NCBI GenBank assembly: GCA_049319825.1
Contig: JBMORT010000006.1
Span: 299,641 to 363,640 of the forward strand
Direction: 5' to 3'
Source of the DNA: Patescibacteria group bacterium
Lineage (GTDB): Bacteria; Patescibacteriota; Patescibacteriia; UBA11705; DATKZF01
Length of the DNA: 64,000 nucleotides
Shown here: piece by piece, positions 25,377-33,042 of the stretch
Position numbering within the stretch: position 1 is the first letter of the stretch
Layout: every line of letters starts with the position of its first letter
Notes under the pieces: model-generated
Databases searched by the model: none
What the model saw: the letters and a program-made list of their open reading frames with translations, nothing else
Told to the model about the DNA's origin: nothing
Translations under genes and position numbers: made by a program

Positions 25377-27686
25377 TTACTGACACAGAGTGCCGCTGAT
25401 CCCCAGCTCGACTTCGATCTGGCTTTCCGAGTAAATCGTGAGCCAGTCAAAGTCAGCGGCTGAGGTCACGGGCTGGCCGATTTCGTAATTCGACCACATC
25501 AGCGACCAAAGGACGACTGTCCTTTCCCATGCCGTCGATCCTTCGGTCGACGCGTAGATTTCGTCCAGCGCGGTGATCGGATCAACCTCGCGAAGCGTCG
25601 CGCAGTGATCGACCACGTACCGCGCGCTCGATGTCTCTTCTCCCGTGATGAAAGCTCCGGGACGAAGAGTGACGTTTCCAGTGAGCGCCAAGGGAATCGA
25701 AGCGAGTACTTCGTCGGGGAATTCGTAAACTTGCTGGCAGAGCTCGCCGTTCGGCGACGCGGGGATGCCGTATTCGTCGAGCGGCGAATACCATGATTCG
25801 AGCTCGACATTGGTCGCGAACACGTAGCGGTTCCCGTCGCTGGCGTAGTAGTAGACGTTGCTGAAAGTTCCCTTGATCAGCATACCTGCTTCGGGATGCG
25901 TCGTAGTCAGAAAGCTGTCGCCGCAGCAGCCGCGCCAGCCGATGATGGTGCCGTACGCGGTGTAGACTGGCTCGCAGTAGTGCGGTGGTTCGTCCGCTCC
26001 GCAACCCTCGTCCACGATGCCGTCGCAGTCATCGTCGATCCAGTTATCGCAGTAGTCCTCGGCGTAGCAGAGCGCTGGATCGGGGGAGCAGCGGTAGTTC
26101 ATGACGTCGTGGCTGCATTCCCATCGGCCGTTAACCGGCACGTAGCTGACGATTCCTTCTTCATCGGGAATCGTATTGATTGCGACGCACAGAGATCCGA
26201 CGCTTGGATCGTTCTCGTCTGTTTCACCGTCGCCATCTTCATCGACGCCGTTGCACAGGTCAAGCGGTTCTTGGCACTGTGGCAAATCAGCGCAGTCCGG
26301 GTCGAAGCAACAGACAAGTCCGTCGCCGTCCCCGTCGTTTTGACAATGCCACTCACAGCTCTGCTCGCCGATCGAGTCGCCGTAGCGGCATTCTGTCCAA
26401 ATTCCGTTTTCGCACGTCTGCCAGCCATAGAAGAATTCGCCGGCAGGCATGGCATGGCCGCAATGGCGATCCCAAATCGTTTCGGAAGGATCCACGCACG
26501 GGCAGCCGTCGTCGATGGCGTGATCGTTATCGTTATCCACGCCGTCGCACTCCTCTTCGGCCGGACAATCGACTTGGCAGGTGAAAACATCCTCTGTTGA
26601 ATTGCAGATGCCGTTTCCACAGCACCCTTCGTCGATCTGGCCGTCGCAATTATTATCATCGCCGTCGCAGATTTCTTCCGCGCCGGGGTAAGTCAGGGCG
26701 AAATTGTCGTCGCAGTCGTTGTCGTAGCCCTCGATCCAGTTGATGTAACCCTCTAGAGGAGACAAACAATCGGCCGCTTCGACGTAGCTTTCGGGATCCC
26801 CGTGCCCGTCGCCATCCGCGTCGCGCAGAAAGCGCTGGGTCGGGTACCCTTCATCGGTCAGCCCGTCGCAGTCGTTATCTTTCCCGTCGCAGAATTCGTC
26901 CGCGCCGGGGTGGGTGAAGAAATTGAAATCATCGCAGTCCTCGGGCGGCGAGTAGCCGTCGCTGTCCACGTCGGTCTGCGTGGAAAAGCAGTCGACGCAT
27001 ACGTCGGCTTCGCCCGCTTCGCAGATGCCGTTGCCGCAGACCGCCCCGCAGCCCTCGTCCACCTGGCCGTCGCAGTTGTCGTCGATACCGTGTCCGACGA
27101 CGCCGCAAAGTTCTTCCCGCGCATGGCACTCTTCCAGATCGATGGGAGGACACCTGATGTCTCCCAGTATGCAGGTGAGAACTCCCGGGACAGGGACGAA
27201 ATCGAGCAGCGCGAAGCAGTCTTGGCCGGCGATAGGGTCACTCTCGTCCGTCTGGCCGTCGCAGTTGTCATCTACCCCGTTGCAGTACTCGACAGCCAGC
27301 GGGTTGATGTTGAAATCATCATCGTTGCAGTCGCCGTCGAAAGGCGTGAACCCGTCGTTGTCCTCGTCAAAGTCGGGGACCGGACAGCCCTCGTCCGTGA
27401 CGCCGTCGTTGTCGTTGTCGATCTCGTCGCAGATTTCGGGGTTGTCGTAGGGCAGGGGGACGCATCCCGCGCCGATAAGGGTCGTGCCCTCGTCGCAGTA
27501 GATGATCGGTGCGGGATTGCCGTCGAGCACGCAGACTCCGTTGATTTCGACAGTGCCCGGCCCGCATTCGAGGCTGGCGGCGTCGGTCTCGATGACCTGG
27601 CGCGTGGAAGCGCCGTCGCCGCAATTGAAGTTGAAACAGAAAAACCAGAACAGAGACACGAAAAACGAAAAGCGATGCAGTCTCAT
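25377..27686 (-). CDS. Large secreted protein with about 9 MopE-type Cys/Asp repeats and a CPR-type C-terminal domain
   Basis: EICDGDDNNCDGQIDEG-type repeats, DxDGDG motifs; GMLIKG..VYYYASDGNRYVF..SWY..GNVTLRPG; paralogous to the 23522 gene. Confidence 0.85.
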   Translation of the reverse strand: MRLHRFSFFVSLFWFFCFNFNCGDGASTRQVIETDAASLECGPGTVEINGVCVLDGNPAPIIYCDEGTTLIGAGCVPLPYDNPEICDEIDNDNDGVTDEGCPVPDFDEDNDGFTPFDGDCNDDDFNINPLAVEYCNGVDDNCDGQTDESDPIAGQDCFALLDFVPVPGVLTCILGDIRCPPIDLEECHAREELCGVVGHGIDDNCDGQVDEGCGAVCGNGICEAGEADVCVDCFSTQTDVDSDGYSPPEDCDDFNFFTHPGADEFCDGKDNDCDGLTDEGYPTQRFLRDADGDGHGDPESYVEAADCLSPLEGYINWIEGYDNDCDDNFALTYPGAEEICDGDDNNCDGQIDEGCCGNGICNSTEDVFTCQVDCPAEEECDGVDNDNDHAIDDGCPCVDPSETIWDRHCGHAMPAGEFFYGWQTCENGIWTECRYGDSIGEQSCEWHCQNDGDGDGLVCCFDPDCADLPQCQEPLDLCNGVDEDGDGETDENDPSVGSLCVAINTIPDEEGIVSYVPVNGRWECSHDVMNYRCSPDPALCYAEDYCDNWIDDDCDGIVDEGCGADEPPHYCEPVYTAYGTIIGWRGCCGDSFLTTTHPEAGMLIKGTFSNVYYYASDGNRYVFATNVELESWYSPLDEYGIPASPNGELCQQVYEFPDEVLASIPLALTGNVTLRPGAFITGEETSSARYVVDHCATLREVDPITALDEIYASTEGSTAWERTVVLWSLMWSNYEIGQPVTSAADFDWLTIYSESQIEVELGISGTLCQ

Positions 27687-27843
27687 GCTTCTCTCCTTGT
27701 GCCCGCGCCGCGGGCGTTTTTTTGAGTTTGATTTTCAATTGTCGAAGAACTTTATTCCCGGCTTTGCCCAATACCTACACTAGGCAGAACCCGAAACCCA
27801 ACATCGCCGTGGCGAGTTGGGGGGACTGAGTTGCTTAAGTTGG
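27687..27843 (-). repeat. Double-hairpin intergenic element, copy 6
   Basis: CCCAAC-TCGCCACGGCGAT-GTTGGG, a second stem ending GCCGGGAA, then GTTCTTCGACAA and SD. Confidence 0.7.
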
Positions 27844-28233
27844 TCAGGCCGCTTTTTTCACCGAAGCTTCTAGTGAACCAGCAGCGCCTTCCAAATGTCG
27901 CAATACAGACAGTGACGGCATTTGCATTACGTGAGAATTTGTCGGATCTGGAAAAAATGCAAATCGTTCAGTGCTTGTCGATGTCCGTAGATCTGTATGT
28001 TCATCGGCCGCGCGGCGCAGCATGATGCCCATCTGGCCGTGAAGTAAAAAGAAAATCGATCCGTAGATACAGCCGAGAAAGATCATCGAAGAGAGAATGA
28101 CGAAAAGCATGGCAAAGTCATACTCTGGCACTTTGAGCGCGATGTGGACGATAAGGCAAATCATAACGAGCATCATGATGCTCGAAGTGATAAGAATGAA
28201 TAAAGCGATTGTCCACTTGGCGCGATCCGGCAT
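27844..28233 (-). CDS. Hypothetical two-TM membrane protein
   Basis: AAGGAGG SD; two hydrophobic helices. Confidence 0.7.
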   Translation of the reverse strand: MPDRAKWTIALFILITSSIMMLVMICLIVHIALKVPEYDFAMLFVILSSMIFLGCIYGSIFFLLHGQMGIMLRRAADEHTDLRTSTSTERFAFFPDPTNSHVMQMPSLSVLRHLEGAAGSLEASVKKAA

Positions 28234-28366
28234 TGATCCTCCTTGGTATCTCCCGTTTGAGTGCTTGTCGCGGGAAGAATTTCCCGGATTTATTGATTAA
28301 TGTTAATCAGCAAATCTGGAAGCCCAACAAATGAGAGTTGGGCGAAAGGGTGGGAAATTAGGCGGG
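28234..28366 (-). repeat. Double-hairpin intergenic element, copy 5 (type A)
   Basis: TTTCCCACCC..GCCCAAC-TCTCATTT-GTTGGGC-TTCCAGATTTG..TAAATCCGGGAA. Confidence 0.8.
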
Positions 28367-28576
28367 TTAGTAGCCGGGGACGAACGATCCGTCCACCGGC
28401 CGTCCGTTGATGAAGATCTTGGTCCAATCCATCCCTGGATCGTCGAAGCTCGAGCAAAGGAGCTCGACTTTCTCTCCTCGAGCCAGGGCTACCTCGACCT
28501 CCCTGAAGACTTTCGGCTGAAGGAACAGCCGGTGGTTGTCGAGGTCGTCCTTTGTGAACGGTTGCAGGTAGGGCAT
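28367..28576 (-). CDS. Small hypothetical protein (69 aa)
   Basis: AAGGAGG SD; fits exactly between two elements; SSFDDPG.D..GY C-terminus. Confidence 0.7.
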   Translation of the reverse strand: MPYLQPFTKDDLDNHRLFLQPKVFREVEVALARGEKVELLCSSFDDPGMDWTKIFINGRPVDGSFVPGY

Positions 28577-28743
28577 TTAAACCTCCTTGGTTAATGAATT
28601 TCCCGGCTCTGCTTAGTATCATTTACCAAACAAAGCTGGGAGCCCAATAAGTGAGAGTTGGGCGAAAAGGTGGGAAAGAGCGGTGAGGTTAGGCCGGCCC
28701 CCAACACGCAAAGTTTTGCGGTTGGGGGGAGAGGGGAGAATGA
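28577..28743 (-). repeat. Composite element, copy 4 (type B hairpin fused to a full type A element)
   Basis: CCCCCAAC-CGCAAAACTTTGCGT-GTTGGGGGCCG, then ..TAA..TTTCCCACC..GCCCAAC..ATTGGGC plus a stem ending GCCGGGAA. Confidence 0.8.
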
Positions 28744-29526
28744 CTACGGTGATGGACATCCCTCATCGGTCTGGCCGTCGCAGTCGTTGTCGATGCCGTC
28801 GCAGGCCTCGCCCAGCGGCCCACAAGTGCCGCAGGCGTTGAGCAGTCCTTCGTCGACGTCGCCGTCGCAGTCATTGTCAACGCCGTCGCAGACCTCCGCG
28901 GGCACCGGCCCGCACAGACCGCACGCGTTGAGCAGATACTCGTCCACGTCGCCGTCGCAGTCATTGTCCGCGCCGTCGCAGACTTCCGTTTCCGGCATAA
29001 CTCCATTGCAGTCAGACCATTCCCAGTTCACGCAGGTCTGTGTCCCGATCACGCATTCACCTGTCTCCACACCGCACACGATTGTTTCGCCGTTCCTGCA
29101 AAGGCATCCTTCATCCGCGACGCCATTGCAATTGTTGTCAAAGCCGTCGCAGAGTTCCTCGCTTGGCTTGGACGCGCCAATGCACCTGTCAAACCACGCG
29201 CCATTAACACAAACTTGCGTTCCTGCCATTCGTACGTTCGTATCCGTGCAGCAGGGGCGAGTACTCTCGATGACGCATTCGCAACCCTCATCGATGAGTC
29301 CGTCGCAGTCGTTGTCCAGCGTGTCGCAGATTTCTTCTTTGGGCTTTCTGCCGTCGCAGTCGGACCAGCCGCCGTTGACGCAGGTCTGCTTGCCGATGGA
29401 ACACTCGCCCAGCTCAGTACCACATTTCTGCGTCGCGCCGTCTTTGCACGGTGGCGCGCTGGCCGCCATCGATTGTTGTTCGCTGATCAAAAACACCAGA
29501 GCGAAAATCGCCATCAGCTTCTTCAT
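28744..29526 (-). CDS. Secreted protein made of MopE-type Cys/Asp repeats (260 aa)
   Basis: GGGGAGG SD, start MKKLMAIF; five ExCDGxDNDCDGxxDEG repeats with GECxxGxQTCxxGxWxxC linkers. Confidence 0.85.
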   Translation of the reverse strand: MKKLMAIFALVFLISEQQSMAASAPPCKDGATQKCGTELGECSIGKQTCVNGGWSDCDGRKPKEEICDTLDNDCDGLIDEGCECVIESTRPCCTDTNVRMAGTQVCVNGAWFDRCIGASKPSEELCDGFDNNCNGVADEGCLCRNGETIVCGVETGECVIGTQTCVNWEWSDCNGVMPETEVCDGADNDCDGDVDEYLLNACGLCGPVPAEVCDGVDNDCDGDVDEGLLNACGTCGPLGEACDGIDNDCDGQTDEGCPSP

Positions 29527-29657
29527 TGACGTTCTCCTCCCCCGATTCCTCGGGAGTTTTGGGTTTGAAAGAACTCTTTCCGAACTTTGCTTGCTAAAAT
29601 TACCGAGCAAAGTTCGGCCCCCAACATGCAAAGTTTTGCGGTTGGGGGGAGAGGGGA
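29527..29657 (-). repeat. Double-hairpin intergenic element, copy 3 (type B)
   Basis: CCCCCAAC..GTTGGGGG-CCGAACTTTGCT..AGCAAAGTTCGG-AAAGAGTTCTTTCAAACCCAAAACTCCCG..GGGGAGG; near-identical to 30219-30337. Confidence 0.9.
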
Positions 29658-30218
29658 CTAATGCGAGCAGCCCTCATCGATACGGTCGTCGCAGTCGTCA
29701 TCGATGCTGTTGCCGCAAACTTCTTCCGGCACGGGACCGCACGTCCCGCACGCGTTTAAAAGTCCTTCATCGACGTTGCCGTCGCAATCGTTGTCTTTGC
29801 CATCGCAGATCTCGACGCTCCGGCCGACGTGGGTTCCGCAACAAGCGCTCCACAGGCCTTGTCCGTTCCCAATGTCAATAATGTCAATGCAGACCTGAGT
29901 TGCGAACACGTTCTCCTCGCCGCACTGACGAGTTTCGCCGATGGTACACTGGCAGCCTTCGTCGATCGCGCCGTCGCAGTTGTTGTCGAGGCTGTCGCAG
30001 CTTTCTTTGACCGGACCGCGGTACTTTCCACCGCAATCAGTCCATGTGCCCATGACGCAGACCTGATGGCCAGGGATGCACGCCCCAAGATCCTTGCCGC
30101 ACGGGCGAGTCTCGCCTTCGGCGCACAAGATGATCTTCTGCGGCTCGGGCATAAGCTGTTCTTTCTTACAACCTCCGAAAGCCACAACCAGCACAAGCGA
30201 GAGCATCAGCTTCTTCAT
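29658..30218 (-). CDS. Predicted lipoprotein with MopE-type Cys/Asp repeats (186 aa)
   Basis: GGGGAGG SD, MKKLMLSLVLVVAFGGC lipobox-like; three DNxCDGxxDEG-type repeats. Confidence 0.85.
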   Translation of the reverse strand: MKKLMLSLVLVVAFGGCKKEQLMPEPQKIILCAEGETRPCGKDLGACIPGHQVCVMGTWTDCGGKYRGPVKESCDSLDNNCDGAIDEGCQCTIGETRQCGEENVFATQVCIDIIDIGNGQGLWSACCGTHVGRSVEICDGKDNDCDGNVDEGLLNACGTCGPVPEEVCGNSIDDDCDDRIDEGCSH

Positions 30219-30401
30219 CTGATTTTTCCTCCCCCGATTTTTCGGGAGTTTTGGGTTTGAAAGAACTCTTTCCGAACTTTGCCAAGTAGAATTTACCGAG
30301 CAAAGTTCGGCCCCCAACTTTTTTGAAGAGTTGGGGGAAGATTTTGTGCATTTGCCGCGGATGCGCGGCTGTGGGAAAGTAAATGGAAGAGAAGGAAGAT
30401 G
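30219..30401 (-). repeat. Double-hairpin intergenic element, copy 2 (type B)
   Basis: Hairpin 1 at 30311-30337, hairpin 2 at 30272-30310, GTTCTTTCAAA at 30256-30266. An extra CAGCCGC..GCGGCAAAT stem is shared with about 25330-25352. Confidence 0.9.
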
Positions 30402-30986
30402 CTAGGAGGCCGCCTGGATCGTCGTGTCCTCGCTGATGAGCAGGCGGCGCGGGTGGCGGAGGAACTGCTTGGGCTGGCGGGTGTAGCGCTTCCAGCCGCG
30501 GGGGAACAGACGCCACTCGTAGCGGCGGATCCGGTAGCAGTCGAGCTCGCTCCACAGCGCTCGGCGCATGCCGATCTGCCGCGGGGAGCACTGGATGCGG
30601 AAGCCGTTGATCGGCTCCGGCTCGCGCTGGGGCAGCGGGGTGGGGGGCTCGATCGGGGTGGCGGCGGCCTTGAGCGGGGCGTCGAACACCTCGCACCAGG
30701 CCTCGTAGTCGCTGTCGTCCTCGGTGTCGGCGTAGAACTCCTCGGCCGCCGGCTCGAAGGCGTCGTCGATCTCGACCTCGTCCAGGCGATCGCTGTCGAT
30801 CATGTCGATCAGCTCGTCCTCGACGTCCCCGTACTCGGCCAAGGTGGTCAGCGGCGCGCGCCAGACGCCATCGGAGCCGCGGATGCCGAAGAACCGCGGG
30901 TGGCAGTCTTCGACCTCCGGGTCGCCATCGACGAAACGGAACGCCTTGTCGAGCTCGTTGTAGCCCAGGATCCTGAGAGCGCTCAT
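30402..30986 (-). CDS. Hypothetical protein with acidic middle and Arg-rich C-terminus (very GC-rich gene)
   Basis: AGGAAAGGA SD; RGWKRYTRQPKQF tail; fits between elements. Confidence 0.7.
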   Translation of the reverse strand: MSALRILGYNELDKAFRFVDGDPEVEDCHPRFFGIRGSDGVWRAPLTTLAEYGDVEDELIDMIDSDRLDEVEIDDAFEPAAEEFYADTEDDSDYEAWCEVFDAPLKAAATPIEPPTPLPQREPEPINGFRIQCSPRQIGMRRALWSELDCYRIRRYEWRLFPRGWKRYTRQPKQFLRHPRRLLISEDTTIQAAS

Positions 30987-31026
30987 GGCATTTCCTTTCC
31001 TAAAAAAAATTATTGTGATTGTACTA

Positions 31027-31116
31027 CTTCCCTGATCTGCCGATTATTTCTACTCGGCAAATCTGGAAGCCCAACAGGTGTAGTTGGGCGGTAGGGTGGG
31101 AAAGAACAGCGGGGAG
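31027..31116 (-). repeat. Double-hairpin intergenic element, copy 1 (type A)
   Basis: TTTCCCACCC..GCCCAAC-TACACCT-GTTGGGC-TTCCAGATTTGCCGA..TCGGCAGATCAGGGAAG. Confidence 0.85.
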
Positions 31117-31434
31117 CTAGAGCCCGAGAATGGCGGCGCGGCGGCCGGTGGCGCGGGTGGGGCCTTCGTCGCCCCAGGCGGTGAGGATGAGATCGCATTC
31201 CCTCTCGAGAGCTTCGCGGACGAGGTCCTCTTTCTCGGCGGGGGTGGGCGGCGGGGGATCCCAGTCGAAGGAGTCACCGCACCGGCACATTTCGTAGGAA
31301 AAGCCGCAATCCGGACAGTAGTCGGGAGCGGGCGTGGGCGCCTCCGGCTCGGGGCAGTCCGGTGCGTCCAGGTAGTCGTAGCACGAATCGGACTGAGAGG
31401 CGGGACAGTCGCAACAATTGACCTTGCAATCCAT
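31117..31434 (-). CDS. Small Cys-rich acidic hypothetical protein (possible zinc-binding)
   Basis: AAGGAGG SD; CCDCP and YCPDCG..CRC. Confidence 0.65.
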   Translation of the reverse strand: MDCKVNCCDCPASQSDSCYDYLDAPDCPEPEAPTPAPDYCPDCGFSYEMCRCGDSFDWDPPPPTPAEKEDLVREALERECDLILTAWGDEGPTRATGRRAAILGL

Positions 31435-31505
31435 TGGTTTCCTCCTTGAAAAAAGCCCTTAAAAAGGGCGGTTTTCCCCTCCATGTTTTTCTAAAATATC
31501 ATTTT

Positions 31506-31534
31506 ATTATAGCATAAATATGAATAAAAATCAA
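31506..31534 (-). promoter_or_regulatory. Sigma70-like promoter heading the island operon
   Basis: TTGATT-17-TATAAT with extended TG on the minus strand. Confidence 0.65.
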
Positions 31535-31657
31535 GCCAAAAAGCCAAATATTGGCTTAATTTAGGGGAGTTTTACGCATTGTGAGGATCAAAAAAGCAAG
31601 AGAGAAAAAGGAGGTTGCGTTTGCTCGGAGAAGGCGGGTGTCCGGATGGCTTTTTTC

Positions 31658-31894
31658 TGGATTCCTGCCTGCCTGCCGGCCGGCAGGCAGGCCTGCGCAG
31701 GAATGACCGAATAATGGGCAGAGAGACTATCAGAAAGGGATTTCTCCACTCCGCTCCCCCTCGGCTTGGCTCGGGGTCGCTCCGGTCGAAATGACGAAAG
31801 GGGGTCTGGCGATGTTCCGTGAAGGTGTTCGGGGCTTGTAAAAAGGGATTTCTCCACTCGGTCTCGCTACGCTCGACCTCGGTCGAAATGACCG
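31658..31894. repeat. Cluster of orphan GIY-YIG-associated palindromic ends
   Basis: Two AAGGGATTTCTCCAC..GTCGAAATGAC units (31734-31796, 31842-31894) matching 53740-53802, plus GGATTCCTGCC..GCAGGAATGAC with a nested CCTGCC palindrome. Confidence 0.8.
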
Positions 31895-32006
31895 AAAGGG
31901 CGCGGCGAGGGTATAAAAAGAGTGGATTCTTATTTGGTTGAATTAGTTGGTTATGCTATAATTTATACAGAATTTCGACATTTAAAAAAGCACATAGCCT
32001 TGGAGT

Positions 32007-32057
32007 TGATCCATGATCCATGATCCATGATCCATGATCCATGATATGTGCTCCATG
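32007..32057. repeat. (TGATCCA)5 tandem repeat followed by TGATATGTGCTCCATG
   Basis: Perfect heptamer x5; tail identical to 11880-11895 beside the four-helix pseudogene. Confidence 0.9.
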
Positions 32058-32066
32058 TTTTTAGTT

Positions 32067-32360
32067 ATGATAAACAAAGCTCTAGTCGAAAAAGTGGCTG
32101 ATTTGGCCAAATTGGAAATTTCCGAAGATGACAAAAAAAAATACACCAAGCAGTTATCTGATGTTTTTAAGTATTTTGATGAATTGCGTTCGCTCGATTT
32201 GAGCGAGGTGCCGGAAACTTCAAATATCACCGGCTTATATAATGTCAGCCGGCCGGATGAAGTGCATTTGATTTATTCGGTCGAGCATTTGCTCGCTGAC
32301 GCTCCGGAGATCGAAGCCGGCCAGATCAAAGTGCCGGGAGTGATGCGCGGAAAGAAGTAG
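32067..32360 (+). CDS. gatC: Asp/Glu-tRNA amidotransferase subunit C
   Basis: VEKVADLAKL..NVSRPDEV..APE..GQIKVP; upstream of gatA. Confidence 0.92.
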   Translation: MINKALVEKVADLAKLEISEDDKKKYTKQLSDVFKYFDELRSLDLSEVPETSNITGLYNVSRPDEVHLIYSVEHLLADAPEIEAGQIKVPGVMRGKK

Positions 32361-32544
32361 AAATTACAAATACTATTTTTTAAAATTTAATTACAAATAA
32401 TTACAAATATTACGAATATTTTTTAGGATTTAATTACAAATAATTACAAATATTACGAAGATTTTACAGGATTTAATTACAAATAATTACGAATTATTAC
32501 AAATATTATTAATATAATTTTTGTTACAAATAATTACAAATGAA

Positions 32545-32928
32545 ATGGAAGAAGACGAATTAATTTACGGGGAATTGAGTTATAAACTGATGGGAGTAAT
32601 TTTTAATGTTCATAATGAATTGGGCGGCGGAATGAAAGAAAAATATTATCAGCGAGCGATTGAAAAAGCATTGGATTAAAAAAACATATCTTACAAGAGT
32701 CAGATGATGATTCCAATTAATTATAAAACTCATAATATTGGTTGTTATCGTCCTGATTTAATAATCGAAAATAAAATCGTGTTGGAAATAAAAGTAGGTT
32801 TCGGGTTTTCAAAAGCAGATTTGAATCAGCTCCATCAATATTTAATCAAAACGGGCTTGAAATTGGGAATATTAGTTGTCTTTTCAAAGAAGAAAGTAAT
32901 TCACACGAGAGTCTTAAATCTTTATTGA
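32545..32928 (+). pseudogene. GxxExxY protein (PD-(D/E)xK-like) with one in-frame TAA
   Basis: MEEDELIYGELSYKLMGVIFNVHNELGGGMKEKYYQRA..LD*(32677)KN..YRPDLIIENKIVLEIK..QLHQYL..LGILVVF; one frame throughout. Confidence 0.88.
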
Positions 32929-33042
32929 AGCATTTATGCGAAAGTATCAAATTTTATTGGAATATTCGTAATTATTTGTAATTTTTTTAAAAATTTTTTA
33001 AAAAAGAATTTGTAATAAAAATTTGAAAAAGAAGAATGTCGT

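Noticed and set aside
28658-29881. 407-aa plus-strand ORF, and similar antisense ORFs at 25896, 26802, 30399 and 59835
   Set aside because: Shadows of GC-rich minus-strand genes that have SDs, signal peptides and motifs.
23900-30000. Recurring GCCGTCGCAGTCG-like DNA words as a possible CRISPR array
   Set aside because: They encode the DCDG protein repeats, have irregular spacing, and no cas genes are present.
27790-31090. Island hairpins as canonical attC sites
   Set aside because: Core boxes are only 7-15 nt apart and there are no L boxes; kept as an unclassified element.
32007-32041. (TGATCCA)5 as CRISPR or coding start of gatC
   Set aside because: No spacers; simple heptamer array. gatC homology starts at 32067.
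32677-32679. Stop-codon reassignment to explain the GxxExxY TAA
   Set aside because: TAA, TAG and TGA all terminate conserved genes at expected positions in this window.
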